DNA from: Corynebacterium amycolatum | GTDB lineage: Bacteria > Actinomycetota > Actinomycetes > Mycobacteriales > Mycobacteriaceae | Length of the DNA stretch: 32,000 bases | Direction: 5' to 3' (one strand) | NCBI RefSeq assembly: GCF_049243625.1 | Contig: NZ_CP046975.1 | Part shown: one piece after another, positions 1 through 9,269 of the stretch | How positions within the stretch are numbered: the first letter of the stretch is position 1 | How the letters are laid out: the number at the start of each line of letters is the position of its first letter | Translations under genes and position numbers: made by a program | Notes under the pieces: model-generated | What the model saw: only the letters and a program-made list of their open reading frames with translations | Told to the model about the DNA's origin: nothing | The model's database searches: none

Positions 1-193
1 GATCGAGCAGGAAACGCGAACCCGCGTTTGGCCCCCGCTTGACGACCAAGAGTGCCGAGCCTGCCGGAAGTCCTTCAACACCGGAGACCGTGGAGTCCGT
101 GTTAGAGCTGGACTCCATCTCCTTCAGCAAATCTGCACGGAAGACCGAGGTGGTCTCGACCGATGCCTCTGGCTGGCCGCTATTGCTAGTCAT
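1..193 (-). CDS. odhI: OdhI/GarA-type FHA-domain regulator of 2-oxoglutarate dehydrogenase; N-terminal part only, the gene runs off the left edge
   Basis: My own translation of the minus strand from the ATG at 193-191 gives MTSNSGQPEASVETTSVFRADLLKEMESS...LPAGSALLVVKRGPNAGSRFLLD. It carries the ETTSVFRAD phospho-threonine motif and the start of the FHA domain, as in C. glutamicum OdhI. A GGAGGG Shine-Dalgarno lies at 200-205. The ORF is absent from the track because it is truncated. Confidence 0.85.
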   Translation of the reverse strand, partial: MTSNSGQPEASVETTSVFRADLLKEMESSSNTDSTVSGVEGLPAGSALLVVKRGPNAGSRFLLD

Positions 194-431
194 ATCTTTC
201 CCTCCGGGATAACCTTGGGCGATTTACTCGTTACTTTTTAGATAATAGCGCCCCAACCGCTTTCGTGTTGTTATCTAATCCCAACCATGTTGTGACACAG
301 CTCACCTACAGGGTATGTACAACATGATTGATATGCGTAAATACCGACATCGGAGAGCTTTCTCCGTGGGTGTACCTAGGCCGGTCACCTGAGAAATAAT
401 TTCAAATTGTTACCAAACCTGTGGTTACGGC

Positions 432-2711
432 TTACCTAAACATCGCTGCAATTGAACCGACTACCGAGCCACCACCATTGCTCAATGGGTTGTCGTTGAC
501 CATGTACGTCCACGTCGAGCTCGGGCGGGCAAGTCCCGTGTCCTCCAAATGCGCGCCATCGCTATCGATTTCGACCTCCTGGAAGGTCTGCACTGAGTCG
601 GTGACGGCATTGTTGACCAGGTTTTTAAAGGCACCGATGGCAGCGCGGTGGAACTCAGCAATGGGGCTTTCCTTAGCCAGCGCGCGCAGGTGAATCGACT
701 CCCGCAGGTCATCCAGGTCCGCCAGGTGATCCGACCACCCGCGATCCAGGTGGCTCAGCATAATTTCCCGGGCAGCGTCCTCGGCGACTTCGCGCCCGAC
801 TGCGGCTTCCACTTCCTTCGCCCGCGCCGATGCCAGCTTGGACAGTTCTTCCCAGGCAGCATTCGTAGTCAGCAGTTTCTCCCGGCGCTCATCCAGAATC
901 TCGCGCTGGTCGCCGATGAGCTTGTTGTACTTCCACGTCGTCGCATGAATGGACAGCATGGTCGCCTCTGTCACTCGCTGTGCTCGGTCGATGAACTGGT
1001 ATGCCCGCTTATCGCGGACGCGACCGTCGTCTTCAGGCAGCACGCTCAGTGTTTCGCCGGCAGCACCTTCGGAAATCACTGGGTCATCCAGGGAGACAAA
1101 GAACACCGACGAGCCCGGATCGCCCTGGCGCCCGGCGCGGCCACGCAACTGGTTATCTAGTCGGTCAGTGCGGTGCTTACCCAGACCAATGACGCATAGG
1201 CCACCGCGTTCGACTACGGCATCGCGGTTGGATTCGTCTGCCCCTCCGAGGCGGATGTCGGTACCGCGGCCGGCCATCTGGGTGGAGACCGTGACGCGGC
1301 CAATATCGCCAGCACCCGCGATGACTTGGGCCTCCAGCTCGTCATTTTTCGCGTTCAGTACCGAGGATTCGATGCCGCGCAGGACTAGCGCATCGGCTAG
1401 TCGTTCCGATTCAGCCACGTCACGGGTGCCTACGAGGATTGGCCGACCGGTGCCATTGAGTTCCACGACCTCGTCGATAAGCGCGGCGAACGCGTCGTCG
1501 GTGGTGGCGTAGATGCGGTCGGGCTCGTCGTCGCGGATGCATGGGACGTTGGGTTCAATGACAGAGACGTGGAGTCCATAGAACTCGCGGAACTGGTCGC
1601 CCGCGGAGGTGGCGGTGCCGGTCATACCGCAGGTGATGTCGTAGCGGCCGACGAGTTGTTGGATGGTCATGGAATCCAAGATGCGGCCTCCCTCAGAGAC
1701 TTGCAGGCCCTCCTTGGCCTCTACCGCCGCTTGCAGACCGTCCGGCCAACGCTGAAGCTCCGCCACGCGGCCACGCGAGGCGTCGATGAGCTGTACCTTG
1801 CCGTCGCGCACGATGTAGTCGACATCGCGCTGCAGCAACTCGTGGGCGTGCAGTGCAACGTTGACCTGAACCAGGGTGGTGCCGACGTGTTCGGCGTCGT
1901 ACAGCGAGCTGATGCCAAGCAGACGCTCGACGCGTGCGGCGCCGGTATCGGTGAGGAAGACGTTGCGGCGACCTTCGTCGACGGTGTAGTCGTCGCCGAG
2001 CTGCAGGCGGCGCACCACGTCGGTGATCTGTCCGGTCGGTGCGGTGCCCGGTTCATTGCCGGCAAGCACGAGCGGGACTAGCGCTTCATCGACCAACACT
2101 GAGTCGGCCTCGTCGATGATGGCGACGGCAGCTGGCGACTGCACGCGGTCTTCAATGGTCGGCGCGCAGCGGTCGCGCAGGACGTCGAAGCCGAGTTCGT
2201 TGACGGCGGCGTAGACGATGTCTGCCGCATATGCTTTACGACGCTCCCCCGGACCATCCTGCGGCGAAATAGCCGCTACAGAGAGTCCAAGGAACCCGAA
2301 CAGTGGTTGCATCCACTGCGCGTCGCGGCCTGCGAGGTAGTCGTTGACAGTCACGGAATGCACGCGGTGGCCACGCAGCGCGAACCCGGCTGCAGCCAGG
2401 GCGCCGGAAAGAGTCTTGCCCTCACCGGTGGCCATCTGGATAACGTCTCCCTCCATGAGCGCCAGCGCGCCTTGCAGCTGCACATCGAAGGGGCGCATGG
2501 ATAGGGTGCGTTGGGAGACTTCGCGGAGCGCGGCCAAAAGCTCCGGTGCATCGGTGGCGTGTTGGCGGGCGAAGTCGGCGAGGTCGGCGTCGGAAAGCGC
2601 CTGTGCCTGTGGCTCGAGCTCAGCGGCGCGCGACACCAGCCCTACGCTGCGTTTTTGGTTGCGCCCTTGCTTGCCGCTAAGAGCCTTCCAAAACCAATTA
2701 AACCCAGCCAT
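432..2711 (-). CDS. secA2: Accessory Sec translocase ATPase SecA2
   Basis: 759-aa ORF with SecA motor motifs: MATGEGKTL Walker A, IIDEADSVLVDEA DEAD box, STQMAGRGTDI. The short length without a C-terminal zinc-binding tail, the MAGFNWFWKAL N-terminus and the position next to odhI all fit actinobacterial SecA2. Confidence 0.9.
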   Translation of the reverse strand: MAGFNWFWKALSGKQGRNQKRSVGLVSRAAELEPQAQALSDADLADFARQHATDAPELLAALREVSQRTLSMRPFDVQLQGALALMEGDVIQMATGEGKTLSGALAAAGFALRGHRVHSVTVNDYLAGRDAQWMQPLFGFLGLSVAAISPQDGPGERRKAYAADIVYAAVNELGFDVLRDRCAPTIEDRVQSPAAVAIIDEADSVLVDEALVPLVLAGNEPGTAPTGQITDVVRRLQLGDDYTVDEGRRNVFLTDTGAARVERLLGISSLYDAEHVGTTLVQVNVALHAHELLQRDVDYIVRDGKVQLIDASRGRVAELQRWPDGLQAAVEAKEGLQVSEGGRILDSMTIQQLVGRYDITCGMTGTATSAGDQFREFYGLHVSVIEPNVPCIRDDEPDRIYATTDDAFAALIDEVVELNGTGRPILVGTRDVAESERLADALVLRGIESSVLNAKNDELEAQVIAGAGDIGRVTVSTQMAGRGTDIRLGGADESNRDAVVERGGLCVIGLGKHRTDRLDNQLRGRAGRQGDPGSSVFFVSLDDPVISEGAAGETLSVLPEDDGRVRDKRAYQFIDRAQRVTEATMLSIHATTWKYNKLIGDQREILDERREKLLTTNAAWEELSKLASARAKEVEAAVGREVAEDAAREIMLSHLDRGWSDHLADLDDLRESIHLRALAKESPIAEFHRAAIGAFKNLVNNAVTDSVQTFQEVEIDSDGAHLEDTGLARPSSTWTYMVNDNPLSNGGGSVVGSIAAMFR

Positions 2712-2928
2712 CTTCTACCCTTCCTGCGCACGTGTGGTTGTCGGCGCGTTCTGACTCACCAGAGTAATCAATCTGGACCGGCCTTCGGAGTACCAATCGC
2801 TGCCAGCGAATTTGCACCATATGTCTTTAGTCACATCTTGAGTTTGAAACAATGGAGTTAACACTTGTTGCGAGCACTTTCTTGCAAGTATTTTCTTGTA
2901 ATCATTTTTCGGAAGGACTTGAATCCCT

Positions 2929-3402
2929 ATGGCAATCGAATTCATCCCCACTGCTGACCTGGTTGACGAGATCGGCCCGGACGTGCGTTCCTGCGATACC
3001 CAGATGCGCAACCTCGGCGGTCGCGTGGAGTTCTGCGGCAAGATCTCCACGGTCAAGTGCTTCCAGGACAACGCGCTACTGAAGAAGGTCCTCTCCGAGC
3101 CGTCTGAGGGCGGCGTGCTTGTCATCGACGGTGACGCTTCAGTCCACACGGCGCTGGTCGGTGACGTTATTGCGGGGCTCGGCAAGGACAATGGCTGGGC
3201 TGGTGTGGTCGTCAACGGCGCGATCCGCGACTCCAAGCTGATTGGTGAGATGGACTTCGGGTGCAAGGCGCTCGGCACCAACCCGCGCAAGTCCACCAAG
3301 ACCGGCGAGGGCGAGCGCGACGTCGTTGTCTCCTTCGGCGGCATTGACTTCGTTCCGGGCGAGACGCTCTACGCTGACTCCGACGGTATTGTCGTGCGCT
3401 AG
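2929..3402 (+). CDS. rraA: RraA family protein (ribonuclease E activity regulator / 4-hydroxy-4-methyl-2-oxoglutarate aldolase family)
   Basis: 157-aa ORF with the RraA-family pattern: [31 protein letters not shown]-terminus. It is the only plus-strand gene in the core block. Confidence 0.85.
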   Translation: MAIEFIPTADLVDEIGPDVRSCDTQMRNLGGRVEFCGKISTVKCFQDNALLKKVLSEPSEGGVLVIDGDASVHTALVGDVIAGLGKDNGWAGVVVNGAIRDSKLIGEMDFGCKALGTNPRKSTKTGEGERDVVVSFGGIDFVPGETLYADSDGIVVR

Positions 3403-3440
3403 ACGGCAAACGAAACCGTAAAGCAATAACCGCAAACAAA

Positions 3441-3486
3441 AACCGCCGCCTCCCGGAATCTTCCAGAAGACGGCGGTTGTTTTGTC
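3441..3486. terminator. Putative bidirectional intrinsic terminator between rraA and tRNA-Pro
   Basis: AACCGCCG (3441-3448) pairs perfectly with CGGCGGTT (3471-3478). A T-rich run GTTGTTTTG follows on the plus strand, and an A-rich run AAACAAAAA precedes it, giving a T-run for the minus strand. The loop is long at 22 nt, so confidence is moderate. Confidence 0.55.
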
Positions 3487-3558
3487 GGGCTGACCGGATT
3501 TGAACCGACGACCCCCTCACCCCCAGTGAGGTGCGCTACCAAACTGCGCTACAGCCCG
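3485..3558 (-). tRNA. tRNA-Pro (anticodon GGG)
   Basis: Manual fold of the minus strand: acceptor CGGGCTG/CAGCCCG, D arm GCGC-AGTTTGGTA-GCGC, anticodon arm CCTCA-CTGGGGG-TGAGG (anticodon GGG followed by G37), variable loop GGGTC, T arm GTCGG-TTCAAAT-CCGGT, discriminator A. 74 nt, with CCA not encoded. Confidence 0.9.
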
Positions 3559-3644
3559 TGTGCACGAAAGTGCAACGAGCTATAGGTTACATCATTGGTG
3601 TTTGCTGGCGGAAATCGCCCCTGGTACCTACTTTTTCTGCCGTG

Positions 3645-4658
3645 TTACTGCAGGTAGATGGTCACAGGCGTAGATGTCTCCGCCATCTGTCCCTCCGGCG
3701 GGTCAATCGAGGCGACCTTACCCATAATCGCGGCCACAGAATTGGTCTGGTTGCCCTCTGCGTCGACGACGGTTACGTTCTGGTAGCCGTTGGTACGCAG
3801 CTCCACCTCGACGGAGGCCGGGCTCTTGCCCACCACACCCTGCGGGATAGTACCCCAGCCGCTACTGCGCTCACCAGGTCCAGGGATAGCTGGCGGCGAC
3901 TCGCGAAGTTGATCCAGCTCCTGCTCAAGGCGTTCACGGGTGTCATTAATCGTGCCCGACGGGTCCAAGCGATCGGTAGGGCTTGTCGTGGTTTCTTCCG
4001 GCGAGGTTGTCGTCGGCGTCGGGCTTGACGACGTCTCCTGCGTCGGCGCCGCCGGGTTGTCGTTTTTGTCCTCGGTTCCGGAAGTAAAGGACAAAACCAG
4101 GGCTACCAGCGCGACGACGGCCACCATGGCGGCGATGGCTACGATGGCGACAGTCTTGCCCCACCCCTTCTTGGAGTCATCATTGCCACTGTTGCCACGG
4201 TTATTACCGCGGTTGTTGCCGTTGTTCAGGTCGCCGTAACCGCTTGCGCCACCTGGGGCACCTGCAGCGTACTGTTGGGTTGCACCGGCTTGCTGGCTCG
4301 CCTGACCATAGCCGCGTTCTTCTTCAGAAAGCGGGGCCCAGTACTGGCCACTACCCTGCGCGCCACTGCCTTGTGCACCGGCACCAGCACCAGCGCCGGC
4401 TCCTGCACCGCGGGAGTCATCAAATCGCGTTTCATCGCCGCGCTGTAAGAACTGCGTTTCAGAGGAGTCGCCGCCAAAGTATTCGGTCGGCTGCTCGCTC
4501 GCAAAGTCGGCATCTGGGTTGTACCCGCGGTATCCCTCGTCTCGCGGAATGTAGCGAGTCGCGGAGTCATCGCCGTATGAGCTTGAGGAATCGCGTCCGT
4601 AGCTGTTGTCTCGGCCGTCGTGCTGAGAGCCGTCACGGTTGTTGCCGCGCCTGACCAT
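3645..4658 (-). CDS. Membrane protein with a disordered Gly/Ser/Asn/Asp-rich cytoplasmic N-terminus, one TM helix, a Thr/Pro-rich linker and a C-terminal PASTA-like domain
   Basis: 337-aa ORF with an AAGGAG SD 8 nt upstream of the ATG at 4658. TM segment TVAIVAIAAMVAVVALVALVLSF. The C-terminus IPQGVVGKSPASVEVELRTNGYQNVTVVD...GKVASIDPPEG...VTIYLQ follows the PASTA pattern. Confidence 0.7.
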   Translation of the reverse strand: MVRRGNNRDGSQHDGRDNSYGRDSSSSYGDDSATRYIPRDEGYRGYNPDADFASEQPTEYFGGDSSETQFLQRGDETRFDDSRGAGAGAGAGAGAQGSGAQGSGQYWAPLSEEERGYGQASQQAGATQQYAAGAPGGASGYGDLNNGNNRGNNRGNSGNDDSKKGWGKTVAIVAIAAMVAVVALVALVLSFTSGTEDKNDNPAAPTQETSSSPTPTTTSPEETTTSPTDRLDPSGTINDTRERLEQELDQLRESPPAIPGPGERSSGWGTIPQGVVGKSPASVEVELRTNGYQNVTVVDAEGNQTNSVAAIMGKVASIDPPEGQMAETSTPVTIYLQ

Positions 4659-4828
4659 TGTCAGTTCTCCTTATCGCTAATTTCCTAAAACTCCAAAATG
4701 CCAACGAAAAGCCCAAAATGCAATTGCCTAAATCACATTGTGGGCTTTCCTCAGCTCAGTTCGAGCGACTAGCAGGGCTTAAGAGATCTGCCTAGAGGCA
4801 CACTCTAGCGGCACTTCCTAGCAGCTTC

Positions 4829-7204
4829 CTAGCGGCGCTTCTTCTTCTCGCGGACACGCACTGCGATGCGCACCGGCGAACCCTCGAAGCCGAACTCTTC
4901 ACGCAGCTTGCGCTCCAGGAAGCGACGGTAGCCGTGCTCCAGGAAGCCGGTCGTGAACAGCACAATCACCGGCGGGCGTGAGGACGCCTGGGTGGCAAAC
5001 AACACGCGCGGCTGTCGACCACCACGCAGCGGTGGCGGGTTCTGCTGCATAATCGCGCGCAACCAAGTGTTCAGGCGACCAGTGGAGATGCGCTTATCCC
5101 ACGACTCCACGGCCTCCAGCATTGCCGGCTCCAGCTTCTGCACAGCACGCCCGGTCTTGGCGGAGATATTCACCCGACGAGCCCACGGCACATGTGCGAG
5201 CTGTTCTTCAATCTCGCGCTCGAGCAGGTCGCGGCGGTCCTCATCCATGAGGTCCCACTTGTTGTAGGCGACCACAAGTGCACGACCGGAATCGAGAATC
5301 ATGCGCAGCACGCGCTGATCCTGCTCGGTAATCTGCTCGGACGCATCGACCAGGAAGATTACAACCTCGGCGTTGTCAATCGTCGAACGAGTACGCAGCG
5401 AGGCGTAGAACTCGTGGCCTTTGGCGGTCTTGCTCTTCTTGCGGATACCAGCGGTGTCCACGAAGCGCCACAGCGTCTCGTCCATCTGCACCAGCGAGTC
5501 CACCGGGTCAACCGTGGTACCGGCCATATCGCTGACCACTGCACGATTTTCACCGGAGAGCTTGTTCAGCAGCGAGGACTTGCCCACATTCGGCTTGCCC
5601 ACCAGCGCTACGCGACGCGGCCCGGTCGGCAGCGATTTTGCACGCGGCACCTCCGGGAAGGAGGCCACCACTTCGTCCATCACGTCGGCATTGCCACGGC
5701 CGTGGAGGGCCGAGGTTGGGTGCGGCTCGCCGAGCCCGAGGGCCCAGAACTCCGCGACGTCGCCAAGCTGCGAATCCGACTCGAACTTGTTGGCGGCGAG
5801 AATAACCGGCTGCTCCGCGCGCTGCAGACGGCGGGCCATAACCTCTTCCGTGGCGGTGATTCCGACGGTGGTGTCAACGACCATGACAATCACATCGGCG
5901 GTCTCCATAGCGGTCTCCGCCTGACGAGCAATCGCCGCATGCATGCCCTTGGCGTCCGGATCCCAGCCGCCGGTGTCCTGCACCCAGAAGCGACGTCCGC
6001 CCCATTCACCCAGGTAGGAGATGCGGTCGCGGGTCACGCCCGGGAAGTCTTCGACAACTGCTTCACGACGGCCAATGAACCTGTTAACCATGGTGGACTT
6101 ACCAACATTCGGTCGTCCCACAATGGCCACGGTCGGAAGAGCTTCTTCTTCCTCGTCGCTCACGCCAAGCGCCGCGAAAGCGTTTTCCAGCTCTTCCCAG
6201 TCGGCATCGTCGTCGATCTGGCCGGTTTCGGCGCGCTCGATGGCTTCGGAGATGATCGTCTCGTGGTCAGCAATCGTGCGGTCGATGAACTCGTCTGCGC
6301 TGGTGTGGCTACCTGCGGTGCCCGGCGCGTTTTCGCTCTCCACGTTTGCGACCAGGTGTCCGGCGGTGTCGTCCTCGGAGTCCTCGGAGTCCTCGTAAGA
6401 GCCCTCGAACTCCTCGTTGTCGACATCGTCCCAGTCCATGGTGGACCCCGGGTATCCTGCCTCAACAACATCGAGGACGTTTTCCACGACCTCTTCGATG
6501 TCCATCTCGGAGGTGTCTAGAATGAACGCATCCTCGGCTGGCTTCAGCGGAGAGGTCGCACGGTTGCTGTCTAGTTCGTCGCGGCGGATGACGTCGGCAA
6601 GCACGGTGTCGAAGTCAGCCTCACGACCAGCAGCAATGTCCTGGTCGTAGCGGCGGTGGGCGCGAACCTCGGCGGAGGCGGTCATGAAGATTTTCGCCGG
6701 AACGTCCGGAAGAACAACCGTGCCGATGTCGCGGCCCTCCACCACACAGCGCACCGCAGATGCGGCCAGTGAGCGCTGGAGCGCGACCAGGTTGGTACGC
6801 ACGGCCGGAATCGCGGAGACAGCCGACACGTTGCGGGTAACCTCCGGGCCGCGGATCTCGCCGGAGACATCCTCGCCGTCGAGGAGGACAGCGGTGGAGT
6901 TCGGGTCATCGGAGACTTCCAGTGGCAGGGCGGCCGTCGCCTTGGCCACGGCTTCCTCGTCGGCCGGGTCGATGCCCTGGCGCAGTACCCACAGGGTGGC
7001 CACACGGTACATCGCGCCGGTATCCAGGTACTTTGCACCCAGCTCGGTTGCGACCATCCGAGAGACAGTCGACTTGCCAGTGCCGGAAGGGCCATCGATG
7101 GCAACCAACAGCATGTCGTCAGTGTTCTGCTCACTCATGTGGGCTCCTTCAGCTCCTTGTTGTTCCACTCCGTGGTTTTCTTCGTTCTTCTTCACTAGTG
7201 CCAT
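4829..7204 (-). CDS. cmk/der: Fused cytidylate kinase / GTPase Der (EngA) in a single ORF
   Basis: 791-aa uninterrupted ORF. The N-terminal part is Cmk ([19 protein letters not shown]). An acidic linker follows. Then come two Der G-domains (GRPNVGKST...DTGG...NKFE and GKPNVGKSS...DTAG...NKWD) and a KH-like C-terminus. The ATG at 7204 directly abuts the rluB stop. An alternative start at 7138 (MSEQNTDD) has a strong GAAGGAG SD 7 nt upstream and may be the true start. Confidence 0.9.
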   Translation of the reverse strand: MALVKKNEENHGVEQQGAEGAHMSEQNTDDMLLVAIDGPSGTGKSTVSRMVATELGAKYLDTGAMYRVATLWVLRQGIDPADEEAVAKATAALPLEVSDDPNSTAVLLDGEDVSGEIRGPEVTRNVSAVSAIPAVRTNLVALQRSLAASAVRCVVEGRDIGTVVLPDVPAKIFMTASAEVRAHRRYDQDIAAGREADFDTVLADVIRRDELDSNRATSPLKPAEDAFILDTSEMDIEEVVENVLDVVEAGYPGSTMDWDDVDNEEFEGSYEDSEDSEDDTAGHLVANVESENAPGTAGSHTSADEFIDRTIADHETIISEAIERAETGQIDDDADWEELENAFAALGVSDEEEEALPTVAIVGRPNVGKSTMVNRFIGRREAVVEDFPGVTRDRISYLGEWGGRRFWVQDTGGWDPDAKGMHAAIARQAETAMETADVIVMVVDTTVGITATEEVMARRLQRAEQPVILAANKFESDSQLGDVAEFWALGLGEPHPTSALHGRGNADVMDEVVASFPEVPRAKSLPTGPRRVALVGKPNVGKSSLLNKLSGENRAVVSDMAGTTVDPVDSLVQMDETLWRFVDTAGIRKKSKTAKGHEFYASLRTRSTIDNAEVVIFLVDASEQITEQDQRVLRMILDSGRALVVAYNKWDLMDEDRRDLLEREIEEQLAHVPWARRVNISAKTGRAVQKLEPAMLEAVESWDKRISTGRLNTWLRAIMQQNPPPLRGGRQPRVLFATQASSRPPVIVLFTTGFLEHGYRRFLERKLREEFGFEGSPVRIAVRVREKKKRR

Positions 7205-8179
7205 TTACAGCCCCACCGCGTTGTAGAGAGAGGTCAGCTCAGCGCGGTTGAGTGCGCGGAGAGCGCCCGGAGTCTGCTCGCCCAGCTGGACAGTGTGAAT
7301 CTTAGTGCGCACCAGGCGCTCGACCGGGTAGCCCGCGGTCTTGAGCATCCGGCGCACAATGTGCTTTCGGCCCTCGTGCAGCTCGATGCGGACGATAGAG
7401 CGACCCTGCCAGACATCGATGATCTGCGCCATGTCCGCCTTAGCGATGCCATCATCGAGCTCAATGCCCTTTTCCAGCTCACGCATGACCTTGGGGTCGA
7501 CCTCACCGACAACAGTGGCCATGTAGGTCTTGGTGACCTCGTAGCTTGGGTGCATCAGACGGTTGGCCAACTCACCATCGTTGGTGAGCAGCAGCAGCCC
7601 TTCGGTGGGCGCATCCAGACGACCAACGTGGAAGAGTCGCTGACCAGCGCTGATCTTCTCACCGATGATGTCGCCCACACACGGACGGCCCATGTCATCG
7701 TGCATGGTCGACTGCACACCACGCGGCTTGTTCAGGACGAAGTACTGCATGTCCTCATTGACGATGACGCGGGAACCATCAACGCGAATCACAGATGTGT
7801 TTGGATCCACCCGTACGCCCTGTCGCGTCACAATCTTGCCGTCGACCTCGACGCGGCCTTCGTCGATAAGCTTTTCCGCCATGCGACGCGACGCCACGCC
7901 TGCCTGCGCGAGCACCTTCTGCAGACGCACACCCTCGCCTGCCTGGCTGTGAGCGCGCTTGCCCGAGCTACGACGGTCGGCGTCCGCGTGCTGATGGCGC
8001 GCCGGGCGGGCGTTGGATACGTAGATGTCCTTCGCGTGGACGTTGGAGGTCTCCATCTTCGCGCCGCTATCGCGACGGCTGCGATTGCGCTGGGCGTTAG
8101 TGGAGCCGTGTGCGCGGTTGGAGTGATTCTTACGGTTCTTGTGTGCCGGTGTGCCTTCTCGGCGAGCGGGTTTAGCCAC
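7205..8179 (-). CDS. rluB: Pseudouridine synthase, RsuA/RluB family, with S4 RNA-binding domain and a basic N-terminal tail
   Basis: 324-aa ORF. S4 domain RLQKVLAQAGVASRRMAEKLIDEGRVEVDG. Catalytic motif HVGRLDAPTEGLLLLTNDG. It lies upstream of cmk/der as in other corynebacteria. Confidence 0.85.
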   Translation of the reverse strand: MAKPARREGTPAHKNRKNHSNRAHGSTNAQRNRSRRDSGAKMETSNVHAKDIYVSNARPARHQHADADRRSSGKRAHSQAGEGVRLQKVLAQAGVASRRMAEKLIDEGRVEVDGKIVTRQGVRVDPNTSVIRVDGSRVIVNEDMQYFVLNKPRGVQSTMHDDMGRPCVGDIIGEKISAGQRLFHVGRLDAPTEGLLLLTNDGELANRLMHPSYEVTKTYMATVVGEVDPKVMRELEKGIELDDGIAKADMAQIIDVWQGRSIVRIELHEGRKHIVRRMLKTAGYPVERLVRTKIHTVQLGEQTPGALRALNRAELTSLYNAVGL

Positions 8180-8434
8180 TTGACCTACATCCTTTTCAAG
8201 CGTTGGAGATTGCTCTGTTTGTTAGAACTTCAGCGCCAGGCGACGCTGTTCTCTCCCCCGTGGGCCCAAAACGGCCGGTGGAAGCAGGTTAATAAAGAGA
8301 TTTACAGAGAAAGCCTCGCGCCTTGTCGTCTAGTCACCTTAGCACGTTTCTCGCAAAACGCCAGCTTAACGACGTCCCGCGCGGCCTCTACTTCGAGGCG
8401 CCGCCAGAGCGCCCCTTAAAGCGCTGCGGCTCCC

Positions 8435-9124
8435 CTACAGCGCTGCGGCCCACTCTCGCACGCCCGGCAGCCACTGCGTAGCTTTCGCCACAAACTCCTG
8501 CCGCGCCAACGCGCCCGCTCCCGCCTGCACCGACCCCAGCAGCGGCACCCCGGTGATGCGTGGCAGTTCTTCCAGGTTCGTCTCGATGATCGGGTCGACA
8601 TCCGCCGGCAGCGAACCTCCCACCAGCGCCGTGACATTGACCCCACGCCCCCGCGCCACCTCGACGGTGAGCTCCGCCTCGTTCAGGCAGCCCAGCCCCA
8701 ACCGCGTCACGACCACCATCTGACTACCCGGCAGCAACGCCGCCAACTCCGGCAGCGCCCAATCCTCGCCGAGCCGCACCAACAAGCCGCCCGCGCCCTC
8801 CACGAGGACAACGCGGTTCGGCCCGTCGATAAGCTTGATCTTCTCCGCGATCTCCGTGGCGTTCGGCAGGCGCATTCCCGCGCGCTGCGCCGCCGCCACC
8901 GGCGCCATCGGCTCGGGGTAACGCTCGAAGCCATGCAGATTGTCGATCCCCGTCAGCTCCGCGACAGTGTCCAAATCACCGCCGTCAGGGTCCGGAAATC
9001 CGGTCTGAATTGGTTTGACGACGTGCACCTGCCTGCCCTCCCCGCGTAGTGCCGCCGCCAGGGCCGCCGTGCCGATGGTCTTTCCAATATCGGTACCGGT
9101 GCCGGTGACAAGGACGATGCTCAT
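8435..9124 (-). CDS. bioD: Dethiobiotin synthase
   Basis: 229-aa ORF with the N-terminal P-loop MSIVLVTGTGTDIGKT, EGAGG, and an AAAGGAG SD upstream. It lies downstream of bioA. Confidence 0.9.
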   Translation of the reverse strand: MSIVLVTGTGTDIGKTIGTAALAAALRGEGRQVHVVKPIQTGFPDPDGGDLDTVAELTGIDNLHGFERYPEPMAPVAAAQRAGMRLPNATEIAEKIKLIDGPNRVVLVEGAGGLLVRLGEDWALPELAALLPGSQMVVVTRLGLGCLNEAELTVEVARGRGVNVTALVGGSLPADVDPIIETNLEELPRITGVPLLGSVQAGAGALARQEFVAKATQWLPGVREWAAAL

Positions 9125-9269
9125 GGTGGTTAGTGCTCCTTTTGGCTGTGGTGGTGTGGGGGCTGTGGTGGTGTGCTGGTTGTGCTTCTTGTTGTGACGC
9201 TGTTGTGTTGCTTCGCTGCGCGGTTGGTCGTCGTGCTGATTGCGCTACTTGTTGTGCTGCTTCGCTGCG

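Noticed and set aside
238-326. Two 8-bp inverted repeats, each with a 25-nt spacer, upstream of odhI: TTAGATAA/TTATCTAA at 238-245/271-278 and CATGTTGT/ACAACATG at 286-293/319-326.
   Set aside because: They are short and lie in AT-rich DNA where such matches arise by chance. No known operator consensus is recognised. I note them only as possible promoter-region sites.
351-366. The CGGAGA-GCTT-TCTCCG hairpin downstream of secA2 as an intrinsic terminator.
   Set aside because: It is a perfect 6-bp stem, but no U-run follows on the secA2 (minus) strand, so I did not list it as a feature.
2715-3344. 209-aa minus-strand ORF opposite rraA.
   Set aside because: It is antisense to a well-supported RraA gene and gives a Pro/Ser/Thr-rich low-complexity product.
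5192-6520. Long antisense ORFs inside core genes: 442 aa at 5192-6520 (+), 374 aa at 7295-8419 (+), 329 aa at 16714-17703 (+), 226 aa at 15177-15857 (+).
   Set aside because: They lie opposite strongly supported genes (der, rluB, pyrG, xerD). Their products are Arg/Ala/Gly/His-rich low-complexity sequences without motifs, which is typical of shadow ORFs in high-GC DNA.
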